Below, piece after piece: positions 24,637 to 32,000 of a stretch of 32,000 bases of DNA. The stretch's first letter is position 1. Each line of letters begins with the position of its first letter. The translations under genes and the position numbers were made by a program. The notes beneath the pieces were generated by a model that was not told the DNA's origin, searched no databases, and saw only the letters and a program-made list of their open reading frames with translations. The DNA lies in assembly GCF_000008665.1 (NCBI RefSeq), contig NC_000917.1, forward strand, positions 1,440,001-1,472,000. Reading direction: 5' to 3'. The stretch comes from Archaeoglobus fulgidus DSM 4304 (GTDB lineage Archaea; Halobacteriota; Archaeoglobi; Archaeoglobales; Archaeoglobaceae).

Positions 24637-25641
24637 ATGGCATCAGAAGCTGTAAATGTATGGTCGAGAACATCATTAATATTAATTATGCTAAGTGCAG
24701 CTATTCTGGTGGTTGCTGTTGGAGCAGTGATGAACAGCGGACTGGTGGAGAGTCTACAAGTGCCGCTGTGGGAAAAGTGGGTCATACTGGTATTCCTTTT
24801 TGCCCTAATCATTGGCATTATCGGACCACTATCAGGCGTCGGTGGTGGTGTGATTTTCGTGGGGCTGGGAATGGCGATACTTCCCTTCAACGTTGACTTT
24901 ATCAGAGGTGCTGGGCTTGTTGCTGCTCTGTCAACCTCCCTGAACTCAGCGCCGTACTTCACCAAAAAAGGTCTGGCAAACCTGAGGATTGTTGCCCCTC
25001 TGGTGTCAGTATCCACAATATTCTCGGTTTTCGGTGGAGTAATCGGACTGTGGATATCCAACTCGTTTCCAGAGGGTTCATACTACGTCAAAATGAGTCT
25101 TGGCGTAGTTCTGCTCGTTTTGCTACTAATTCTCAGCAGGTCAAAGAACGTGGAGTACCCACCACCAAGGGAAAAGAAAGACCGGTTGTCAGAAATGATT
25201 GACCTAACTGGCGGATGGTACGAGCCGACCCTCAATAGAATCGTAACCTACGAAGCTTCCAACCTCCCCCTTGCGATGCTGGCCTTTTCAGGAGTCGGAT
25301 TTCTTGCAGGTATGTTCGGTCTGGGAGCGGGATGGGCGAACGTCCCAATTTTGAACCTCGTGATGGGATTACCTTTAAAGGCTGCCGTTGCATCGAGTAT
25401 GCTGATTCTGGCGATAAACGATTCAGCGTCGCTGTGGGTTTACCTCGCGAATGGTGCAGTTCTGCCAATCGTCGTTGTGCCGGTTGTGCTGGGGATAAGT
25501 ATAGGTTCGAGGATTGGCTCAAGGCTGGCAGCCAAAACAAAGCCCAAAGTAATCAAAAGGCTCGTCATAGCACTGATAGCCCTTTCCGGAGTTGTAAACA
25601 TAATTCAGGGTCTTTCTGGAATTGGATTGCTAAATTTGTGA
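24637..25641 (+). CDS. TSUP (TauE/SafE) family membrane transporter
   Basis: FALIIGIIGPLSGVGGGVIFVGLGMAILPF...AALSTSLNSAPYFTKKG and second repeat GVGFLAGMFGLGAGWANVPILNLVMGLPLKAAVASSM...GSRIGSRLAAKTKPKVIKR. Confidence 0.9.
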   Translation: MASEAVNVWSRTSLILIMLSAAILVVAVGAVMNSGLVESLQVPLWEKWVILVFLFALIIGIIGPLSGVGGGVIFVGLGMAILPFNVDFIRGAGLVAALSTSLNSAPYFTKKGLANLRIVAPLVSVSTIFSVFGGVIGLWISNSFPEGSYYVKMSLGVVLLVLLLILSRSKNVEYPPPREKKDRLSEMIDLTGGWYEPTLNRIVTYEASNLPLAMLAFSGVGFLAGMFGLGAGWANVPILNLVMGLPLKAAVASSMLILAINDSASLWVYLANGAVLPIVVVPVVLGISIGSRIGSRLAAKTKPKVIKRLVIALIALSGVVNIIQGLSGIGLLNL

Positions 25642-25645
25642 GGAG

Positions 25646-26329
25646 GTGATTGATATGCTGAAAAAAGGCTTGGAAAAAACACTAAAATTTTTCCCACGTC
25701 TCGAAGATCTGGCAGAGGTCTTTGACCCGTTGCACAGAGGAGAAGCTTTTGCAAGCTCCCCCAATCCACGTTCGATAGAAAGAAAGTACATTCTGAATGT
25801 CCCAACCCTAAAGGCAAAGTCCAGCGTTGAAAAAATAACAGACGGGCAGAGCTACGAGATATTGGGTCAACCCACAGGCTTTGAAATTTCGGAGGTAAAA
25901 ACGGCAGAGGGAGAGATAAAGATACGAATAGACTTCGTGAATAACATATTTGCGGATGTTATGAAAATAATGTGTAATGTCGGTCTGGTTCTGATGATGG
26001 TCTTTGCTGCATTCTATTTTGCGGGTATAAACCCGGCAGACAACCTCAACCTTGAGGTTCAGAAGTGGTCGGAGCCAGCCGAGAAATTCTGGAGTGATGT
26101 GAAGGGCATTCACTCAACCGGCTACTCGTGGTTCCTTCAGAATCCTTTAGATCCTGAGAATGCTATACTGCTCAGTGTTACTTTGCTGGCACTCACTCCG
26201 GTAATCGGAATTTTGCTGACAATACCGCGTTCAACGGGTGCACTGAGAGTTATATTCCTCGTCATAGCAGTCGAGTTCGTTTACGCAATCTTCAGGGTGA
26301 TGATGGGAGGAGGCCCGATGGGCCACTGA
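25646..26329 (+). CDS. DUF1634-like membrane protein, partner of the TSUP transporter
   Basis: Starts 4 nt after the transporter stop; three predicted TM segments in the C-terminal half (DVMKIMCNVGLVLMMVFAAFYFAGINP...AILLSVTLLALTPVIGILLTI...ALRVIFLVIAVEFVYAIFRV). Confidence 0.75.
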   Translation: MIDMLKKGLEKTLKFFPRLEDLAEVFDPLHRGEAFASSPNPRSIERKYILNVPTLKAKSSVEKITDGQSYEILGQPTGFEISEVKTAEGEIKIRIDFVNNIFADVMKIMCNVGLVLMMVFAAFYFAGINPADNLNLEVQKWSEPAEKFWSDVKGIHSTGYSWFLQNPLDPENAILLSVTLLALTPVIGILLTIPRSTGALRVIFLVIAVEFVYAIFRVMMGGGPMGH

Positions 26330-26342
26330 TATTTTTTGCAGT

Positions 26343-26882
26343 TCAGAGCCCTATCAACCCCATCCTGTACATATCATTGCTGTTGAAAACCCTCTCTCCG
26401 CTCTCTTCCAGCAGCTTTACCGTCTTTATTGCATCATCAACCTGCTCCAGCATCTGCTCCTTCTCGTCAGGCAGCTTTCCGCTCACGCCGAAGAAAATCG
26501 GCCCGCTTCTGGTGAAGAGGTAGTTCGAAACGTGGTCGCTGAGGAGGAGGGTCTCCACCTTTATCTCCTCTACGAGCCTTCTCACCTCCTCAAGCTGCTC
26601 TACTGGCCCCAAAAGAGTTATTTCTTTGCCCACGAGCTTCTCAATTGGCGTGCCCTCTATAACCGTCAGAGTCCGCAGCCTGACGAAGGTTGGTTGGGCT
26701 TTGTTTATTACCCTCGCAGTGTTCACAGCATGCTGCTCACTCCTCTCTCTCCCACCAAGTCCCGGCATAACGTAGTAGGTAAGCTCGAAGTACTTTCTCG
26801 CCTTCTTTCCCGCTGTGATTGCATCCTCAGGCGTAATGCCTTTCTGGACGAGCTCAAGCACCTCTCTATCCCCGCTTCTCAA
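26343..26882 (-). CDS. Radical SAM protein, C-terminal part (frameshifted gene)
   Basis: SGDREVLELVQKGITPEDAITAGKKARKYFELTYYVMPGLGG...INKAQPTFVRLRTLTVIEGTPI directly continues the 26866-27264 frame. Confidence 0.85.
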   Translation of the reverse strand: MRSGDREVLELVQKGITPEDAITAGKKARKYFELTYYVMPGLGGRERSEQHAVNTARVINKAQPTFVRLRTLTVIEGTPIEKLVGKEITLLGPVEQLEEVRRLVEEIKVETLLLSDHVSNYLFTRSGPIFFGVSGKLPDEKEQMLEQVDDAIKTVKLLEESGERVFNSNDMYRMGLIGL

Positions 26883-27264
26883 GCCCCATGTGCAGCCTCG
26901 TCAGTCCAGCTTCTTTGAGTTCCTCCAGCCTGCTTTCCGGCATTTTTGCGATTGTCTTAATTCTGGCGTAAGCCGTGACTCTCTCCACCTCCTTCCTTTT
27001 CTCTCTCAAATAGCGGACTATCTCCGCTATGTCGGGATGGATGAGGGGATTTGAGTCTCCGATGAAGGCCGTTCTGGAGGGCGGGAAGTATTTGGGGATG
27101 CTGTCGATGTCCCTTAAAACGTCCTCCTTCTTCCTGAGCTCGAACTTCATCCCCTTGTACATCGCGCAGAAGGCACACCTGTTCCAGTTGCAACCCCTCA
27201 CCGCCCTTATCAGGTAGCTTCCAGCCTCGCTCGGCGGGCGGAAGGGCGGAAAGTCGTAGGTCAT
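26866..27264 (-). CDS. Radical SAM protein, N-terminal part (frameshifted gene)
   Basis: LIRAVRGCNWNRCAFCAMYKG (CX3CX2C)...FIGDSNPLIHPDIAEIVRYLREK...LKEAGLTRLHMGLE|KRG*. Confidence 0.88.
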   Translation of the reverse strand: MTYDFPPFRPPSEAGSYLIRAVRGCNWNRCAFCAMYKGMKFELRKKEDVLRDIDSIPKYFPPSRTAFIGDSNPLIHPDIAEIVRYLREKRKEVERVTAYARIKTIAKMPESRLEELKEAGLTRLHMGLEKRG

Positions 27265-27539
27265 CTTCTCACCGCATACCTCTTGAACTTCATTCCTGCA
27301 AGGCCCTCAAGCCACAACCTCGCCTCCTCTCTAATTTCATCGCTGAGAGTGTTGAACCCCACCCCAACGCTGCCGTGATACTCTTCATTGATAAAGAAAT
27401 CAATCCTGTCCCTCTTAACTACTATTGTTACGGGGTCATCGTAAATGGTTATCTCGCTCTCTCCACACTCTGCCCTGTCCCTCAGCAGCTTTTTGAGGAA
27501 ATCGAAGTTCTCCAGCACTTTTGCGGCGAGCTTTTCCAT
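27261..27539 (-). CDS. Conserved hypothetical protein (92 aa)
   Basis: MEKLAAKVLENFDFLKKLLRDRAECGESEITIYDDPVTIVVKRDRIDFFINEEYHGSVGVGFNTLSDEIREEARLWLEGL; ATGA overlap with the radical SAM gene. Confidence 0.65.
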   Translation of the reverse strand: MEKLAAKVLENFDFLKKLLRDRAECGESEITIYDDPVTIVVKRDRIDFFINEEYHGSVGVGFNTLSDEIREEARLWLEGLAGMKFKRYAVRR

Positions 27540-27586
27540 AAATGAAGTTTGGTGAAAACTTTAAAAATTTGATGCCTTCTTTCACC

Positions 27587-28726
27587 ATGGATGTTGTGGT
27601 TGCTGGCGTTGGCATCGCCGGCGCCTTCGCTTTAAGGGCTCTGGACAAATCACTGGATGTTGTAGGAATTGATAAGAGGGAGAAGCTCGGCTATCCGGTT
27701 GAGTGTGGAGAGATTATTCCAACCAAGCGTGAGATGAAGGCCCTCCTTCCTGATCTTGACGATTACAGCCTCTTTGACATTCCGAAAAGGTTTGAGAGCA
27801 ACCTAACCAAGGAGGTTCACTTTGTTCTGCCTAATGGAAAAACCTTCGAGATCGACTTCGAGTTTCATGTTGTAAGGCGTGACGAGATGATTCAAACAAT
27901 TGCCGAAGAAAGCAGTCACAAGCTTCTGCTCAATAAAAGAATTAAGGCCTTCAGGGATGGCAAAATTGTTCTTGAAGAGGGTGAGGTGGGGGCTGAGGTT
28001 TACGTCGCCTCCGACGGGCCAAATTCCAAGATTGCCAGATCTCTGGGAATGCCTAAGCCTGAGCTTTCCCCTGCTAAGCAGTACGTGATGAAGGGGGTTG
28101 AGTGCAACGAGGACGTTGTTTACATGTACATCGGCCGAAAAATCTCCCCCGGCGCTTACGCTTGGATCATTCCAAAGGGAAAGGGAGTTGCCAACGTGGG
28201 AATAGGCTTCAGGCCCGAATACGCAAGCAGGGGCGATACCATTGTGAAAGCCCTCGACCACTTCGTGAGGGAGTATCCCTACTCCTCTCCCTTCCTGAAG
28301 GATGCCGAGGTTGTCAGCTCAATAGGCGCTGTAGTCCCCATAGACCGGCCCTTTGAAAGTGCTGTAAAAGGGAACGTGCTTTTTGCCGGAGATGCGGCGA
28401 GCATGGTGATAAGCCACGTTGGGGGTGGAATTCCGACGGCAATGGTTGCCGGAGATGCTGCGGCGAGAGTAATCAACGGCTTTTTCAACGGTGAGAACGA
28501 CCTTCAGCTTTACGACAGCTTGTGGAAAAAGTACCTCTACAAGCCTTTAATGAACGCTTACACGATTAAGAGAATCTGGGACAGGTTCTCGGACAGCGAC
28601 GATAAAGTCAGCAGGCTTTTGAGCCTTGCGAGCAATGCGGATATGAACAAAATCCTCCGCTGCAGAATTCCGTTGAAGATAAAACTTCTATCCCCCTTTC
28701 TCCCAATAGTCCAGAAGCTAATCTGA
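27587..28726 (+). CDS. Geranylgeranyl reductase-family FAD-dependent oxidoreductase
   Basis: MDVVVAGVGIAGAFALRALDKSLDVVGIDKREKLGYPVECGE...VYVASDGPNSKIARSLG...KYAWIIPKG-type AYAWIIPKGKGVANVGIG...VLFAGDAASMVISHVGGGIPTAMVAGDAAA. Confidence 0.88.
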   Translation: MDVVVAGVGIAGAFALRALDKSLDVVGIDKREKLGYPVECGEIIPTKREMKALLPDLDDYSLFDIPKRFESNLTKEVHFVLPNGKTFEIDFEFHVVRRDEMIQTIAEESSHKLLLNKRIKAFRDGKIVLEEGEVGAEVYVASDGPNSKIARSLGMPKPELSPAKQYVMKGVECNEDVVYMYIGRKISPGAYAWIIPKGKGVANVGIGFRPEYASRGDTIVKALDHFVREYPYSSPFLKDAEVVSSIGAVVPIDRPFESAVKGNVLFAGDAASMVISHVGGGIPTAMVAGDAAARVINGFFNGENDLQLYDSLWKKYLYKPLMNAYTIKRIWDRFSDSDDKVSRLLSLASNADMNKILRCRIPLKIKLLSPFLPIVQKLI

Positions 28727-28757
28727 AACTTTATTTACCTCCTTAGCAACTTGTTGC

Positions 28758-30083
28758 ATGGCGGAGTTTGAGATTTACAGAGAGTATGTTGACAAAAGCT
28801 ACGAGCCGCAGAAGGATGACATCGTTGCAGTTTTCAGGATAACTCCCGCCGAGGGCTTCACTATTGAGGACGCCGCCGGCGCTGTTGCGGCGGAGAGCAG
28901 CACGGGGACTTGGACATCCCTTCATCCATGGTATGATGAGGAAAGGGTTAAGGGGCTTTCAGCAAAGGCTTACGATTTCGTGGATTTGGGTGATGGTAGC
29001 AGCATAGTCAGAATTGCTTACCCATCTGAGCTTTTCGAGCCCCACAACATGCCGGGTTTGCTTGCCTCTATTGCCGGAAACGTTTTCGGCATGAAGAGGG
29101 TGAAGGGGCTGAGGCTTGAGGATTTGCAGCTGCCAAAGTCCTTCCTCAAGGACTTCAAGGGGCCATCGAAGGGAAAGGAGGGTGTAAAGAAAATTTTTGG
29201 TGTTGCAGACAGGCCCATTGTCGGGACTGTGCCAAAGCCGAAGGTTGGCTACTCTGCAGAGGAGGTTGAAAAGCTGGCTTACGAGCTTCTTTCAGGCGGG
29301 ATGGACTACATCAAGGATGACGAGAACCTCACAAGTCCTGCATACTGCAGATTCGAGGAGAGGGCGGAGAGGATAATGAAGGTCATCGAGAAGGTTGAGG
29401 CTGAAACGGGCGAGAAGAAGTCTTGGTTCGCCAACATCACCGCAGATGTGAGGGAGATGGAGAGGAGGCTGAAGCTTGTAGCTGAACTCGGCAATCCGCA
29501 CGTTATGGTTGATGTCGTAATAACCGGCTGGGGGGCGCTTGAGTACATCAGAGACCTTGCGGAGGATTACGATTTGGCCATACACGGCCATAGAGCTATG
29601 CATGCAGCCTTCACCCGCAATGCTAAGCACGGCATATCGATGTTCGTTCTGGCAAAGCTCTACCGCATAATCGGCATCGACCAGCTCCACATAGGGACTG
29701 CAGGAGCGGGAAAGCTTGAGGGGCAGAAGTGGGACACCGTGCAGAACGCGAGAATTTTCAGCGAGGTTGAGTACACTCCAGATGAGGGCGACGCATTCCA
29801 TCTCAGCCAGAACTTCCACCACATAAAGCCGGCGATGCCCGTTTCATCTGGCGGACTGCATCCAGGAAATCTGGAGCCGGTAATCGACGCCCTCGGCAAG
29901 GAGATAGTCATTCAGGTTGGTGGGGGAGTTCTTGGCCACCCGATGGGAGCAAAGGCGGGGGCAAAGGCTGTGAGGCAGGCTCTTGATGCCATCATCTCTG
30001 CAATCCCGCTGGAGGAGCATGCAAAGCAGCATCCGGAGCTACAGGCCGCTCTGGAGAAGTGGGGCAGGGTTACGCCAATCTAA
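28758..30083 (+). CDS. rbcL: Ribulose-1,5-bisphosphate carboxylase large subunit, archaeal form III-like
   Basis: GTVPKPKVGYSAEEVEKLAYELLSGGMDYIKDDENLTSPAYCRFEER...HGHRAMHAAFTRNAKHGIS...HIGTAGAGKLEGQ...MPVSSGGLHPGNLEPVIDALGKEIVIQVGGGVLGHPMGAKAGAKAVRQA. Confidence 0.95.
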   Translation: MAEFEIYREYVDKSYEPQKDDIVAVFRITPAEGFTIEDAAGAVAAESSTGTWTSLHPWYDEERVKGLSAKAYDFVDLGDGSSIVRIAYPSELFEPHNMPGLLASIAGNVFGMKRVKGLRLEDLQLPKSFLKDFKGPSKGKEGVKKIFGVADRPIVGTVPKPKVGYSAEEVEKLAYELLSGGMDYIKDDENLTSPAYCRFEERAERIMKVIEKVEAETGEKKSWFANITADVREMERRLKLVAELGNPHVMVDVVITGWGALEYIRDLAEDYDLAIHGHRAMHAAFTRNAKHGISMFVLAKLYRIIGIDQLHIGTAGAGKLEGQKWDTVQNARIFSEVEYTPDEGDAFHLSQNFHHIKPAMPVSSGGLHPGNLEPVIDALGKEIVIQVGGGVLGHPMGAKAGAKAVRQALDAIISAIPLEEHAKQHPELQAALEKWGRVTPI

Positions 30084-30098
30084 AATTTTTTAAATTTT

Positions 30099-31085
30099 TT
30101 GAGTACTTTTACCGTGAACTGGAAAAAATTCCTTGAAGAGTTACCGGCAGGGGTAGCAATTCTGGATGAGAATTTCAACGTTTTACTGCTTAACAGCAGA
30201 ATAGCTGAAAAGACCGGCCTGACAGCTGAAACCGTGAAAAATCCTCTGCAAACCGTGCATCCCGAAGACCTACCGAAGGCTATGGAAGCGTTTGGAAAAA
30301 TCAGAGCGGGAAAAGAAGATGAGGTTGAATACCCCCTCCTCCTAAGGGTTGTAAGAAAGGGCGGTTACCAGTGGAACGAGATAAGGTGGAAGGTTGTTGA
30401 GGATGGGGGGAAGAGGTACTATTTGTTTGTATTCACCGATGTTACCCAAAGGATTGAAATGCAGAAAAGGATCGAAGACCTTCTCGAGTACGTCAGGCTG
30501 CTCAACAGCATTTTGAGGCACGACATTCTGAACATTTTAACCACGATAAGCTCCTACGCTGAACTGCTGGAGGATGGGTTCAACAGGAAGTTTCTGGACA
30601 AGATAAAGGAGGCGGTATCCAAAGGAGTTGAGCTTATAAAGAAAATCCGTGAGCTTGAAACCTCAACAAGTGAGAGTCTGAGGCCCTTTAATCTGAGGGA
30701 TGTCATCGAAGAGGCTGCGAAGGGATACGATGTTGAGGTTATTGTTGAGGGCAACGCTTCGGTTCTCGCAAACGACGGAATTTACAGCGTATTTGAGAAC
30801 CTAATAGGAAACTCCGTGAAGCACGGAGGGGCAGGCAGAATAGAGGTTAAGATTGAAGCGTCAGACCGGGTTTACGTGGCATACAGGGATGATGGGACAG
30901 GAATTCCGATAAATGTTGTGGACAGAGTGTTTGAGAAAGGGTTTTCCACGGCAGGAAGCACGGGAATGGGGCTTTTTATCGTAAAGAAGCTTGTGGAGAG
31001 CTTTGGAGGTGAAATCAGGCTTGAGAATTCGAACAGGGGGGCGAGGTTCGTCCTGACCTTCCCCTTACTCGAAAATCGAACCTAA
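30099..31085 (+). CDS. PAS-domain sensor histidine kinase (soluble)
   Basis: PAS/PAC ELPAGVAILDENFNVLLLNSRIAEKTG...YYLFVFTDVTQR; H-box LNSILRHDILNILTTISSYAEL; N-box NLIGNSVKHGG; DDGTGIP; GFSTAGSTGMGLFIVKKLVESFGG. TTG start in track; GTG at 30114 also plausible. Confidence 0.92.
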   Translation: MSTFTVNWKKFLEELPAGVAILDENFNVLLLNSRIAEKTGLTAETVKNPLQTVHPEDLPKAMEAFGKIRAGKEDEVEYPLLLRVVRKGGYQWNEIRWKVVEDGGKRYYLFVFTDVTQRIEMQKRIEDLLEYVRLLNSILRHDILNILTTISSYAELLEDGFNRKFLDKIKEAVSKGVELIKKIRELETSTSESLRPFNLRDVIEEAAKGYDVEVIVEGNASVLANDGIYSVFENLIGNSVKHGGAGRIEVKIEASDRVYVAYRDDGTGIPINVVDRVFEKGFSTAGSTGMGLFIVKKLVESFGGEIRLENSNRGARFVLTFPLLENRT

Positions 31086-31116
31086 ATTTTTTATTCTTTT
31101 AAACATTGTGTTGTTC

Positions 31117-31629
31117 ATGGTTGTGAAAAAGCAGATGACGAGGAAGTTTTTGGAGGATGCCTTTGCTGGAGAAAGCCAGGCACACATGCGCTACATGATT
31201 TTCGCAGATGTGGCGGAGAATGAAGGATATCCGAAAATTGCAAAGCTTTTCAGGGCTATTGCCTTTGCAGAGCTCGTTCACGCGAGGAATCACTACAGAG
31301 CTCTGGGCAATGTCGGCAGCACGGTCGACAATCTTCAGAAGGCGATTGAGGGTGAGAGCTACGAGGTTGAGGAGATGTATCCCGTTTTCAACAACGCCGC
31401 AAAGTTCCAGGGGGAGAGCGAAGCTGAAAAGTCCACCTATTACGCCCTGTCGGCAGAGAAAATCCACGAGGAGCTTTACAGGAAGGCTAAAGAGCTTGCG
31501 AGTCAGGAAAAAGACATGGAGCTTGAAAAGGTCTTCATCTGCCCCGTCTGCGGTTTCACGGCGGTTGATGAGGCGCCTGAATTCTGCCCAGTTTGCGGCA
31601 CAAAGAGGGAAATGTTTGTTGAATTTTAG
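31117..31629 (+). CDS. Rubrerythrin
   Basis: FLEDAFAGESQAHMRYMIFADVAENEGYPKIAKLFRAIAFAELVHARNHYRAL...STYYALSAEKIHEELYRKAKE..., C-terminal rubredoxin CPVCGFTAVDEAPEFCPVCG. Alternative start 31108. Confidence 0.94.
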   Translation: MVVKKQMTRKFLEDAFAGESQAHMRYMIFADVAENEGYPKIAKLFRAIAFAELVHARNHYRALGNVGSTVDNLQKAIEGESYEVEEMYPVFNNAAKFQGESEAEKSTYYALSAEKIHEELYRKAKELASQEKDMELEKVFICPVCGFTAVDEAPEFCPVCGTKREMFVEF

Positions 31630-31663
31630 TTTTATTTTTTGGCTTTATCGTTACCACTCCTTT

Positions 31664-32000
31664 TCATTCCCACATCGGCTCCCTTTTCTCAAAGAAGGCC
31701 CTTATCCCCTCTTTAGCATCTTCCGTGGAGCTGTACAGTGAAATGGACTCTGTTGCAAAGGCCAATGCCTGAAAGTCCTCCATAAATAGCTGCTTGTAGA
31801 AGAACCTCTTTCCCGATTCAAGGACATTTAGGCTGTATCTCGCAACACTTTCGGCAAGCTTCATGGTTTCCTCCTCAAGCTTTTCATCCTCAACAACCCT
31901 GTTTACGAGCCCGAACTGCAAAGCTTCATCAGCAGTAATGAATTCCCCCGTGAAGCCCATCTCAAAGGCTTTCTTCCGTCCAACCGCTCTGCTTACGAAG
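31664..32000 (-). CDS. Enoyl-CoA hydratase/isomerase (N-terminal part beyond the right edge)
   Basis: FVSRAVGRKKAFEMGFTGEFITADEALQFGLVNRVVEDEKLEEETMKLAESVA...FATESISLYSSTEDAKEGIRAFFEKREPMW is the crotonase C-terminal pattern. Confidence 0.92.
   Translation of the reverse strand, partial: FVSRAVGRKKAFEMGFTGEFITADEALQFGLVNRVVEDEKLEEETMKLAESVARYSLNVLESGKRFFYKQLFMEDFQALAFATESISLYSSTEDAKEGIRAFFEKREPMWE

Noticed and set aside
31208-31741. 177-aa plus-strand ORF overlapping rubrerythrin
   Set aside because: Alternate frame of an unambiguous rubrerythrin. Arg/Ser/Pro-rich translation is typical of out-of-frame reading.
1-32000. CRISPR array, tRNA or rRNA genes
   Set aside because: No regularly spaced identical repeats and no recognisable tRNA or rRNA signatures were seen; absence is by visual scan only and should be confirmed with tRNAscan-SE/CRISPR finders.

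Overview
The window looks like a chromosomal segment of a euryarchaeal, Archaeoglobus-like genome. That host assignment is inferred from gene content; no database search was run. Gene density is high, with many 1-4 nt overlaps. From left to right it carries: indole-3-glycerol-phosphate synthase (partial, -); a polyamine ABC transporter operon potA-potB-potC-potD (-), with potD split by a frameshift; archaeal-type prolyl-tRNA synthetase (+); speD (AdoMet decarboxylase) coupled to a branched-polyamine synthase (BpsA/DUF43-type) (+); an APC transporter fused to two Usp domains (+); a HEPN/MNT pair (-); a radical SAM/SPASM protein (+); small conserved proteins; a frameshifted YeiH/PSE-type membrane protein; and a second YeiH/PSE-type gene overlapping a membrane PAS3-DUF835-wHTH regulator (-). 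These are followed by an Lrp-type regulator, a class I/II aminotransferase and a MoaD-like protein (+), then a large pilin-like/surface protein. An accessory patch at about 21-24.5 kb contains a degraded radical SAM gene fragment, a DUF2178/XRE pair with a perfect palindrome at its promoter, a DDE transposase, a 5'- and 3'-truncated surface-protein paralog butted against a truncated pyruvoyl-dependent arginine decarboxylase, and an RHH protein. The right part has a TSUP transporter with a DUF1634 protein, a frameshifted radical SAM gene, a geranylgeranyl-reductase-like flavoprotein, a form III-like RuBisCO, a PAS histidine kinase, rubrerythrin and a partial enoyl-CoA hydratase. The most interesting items are the putative membrane-tethered one-component regulator sandwiched between two YeiH/PSE genes, the polyamine gene neighbourhood with a possible structured leader and overlapping ORF at speD, and the rearrangement patch at 21-24.5 kb. 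No CRISPR array, rRNA or tRNA gene was recognised.
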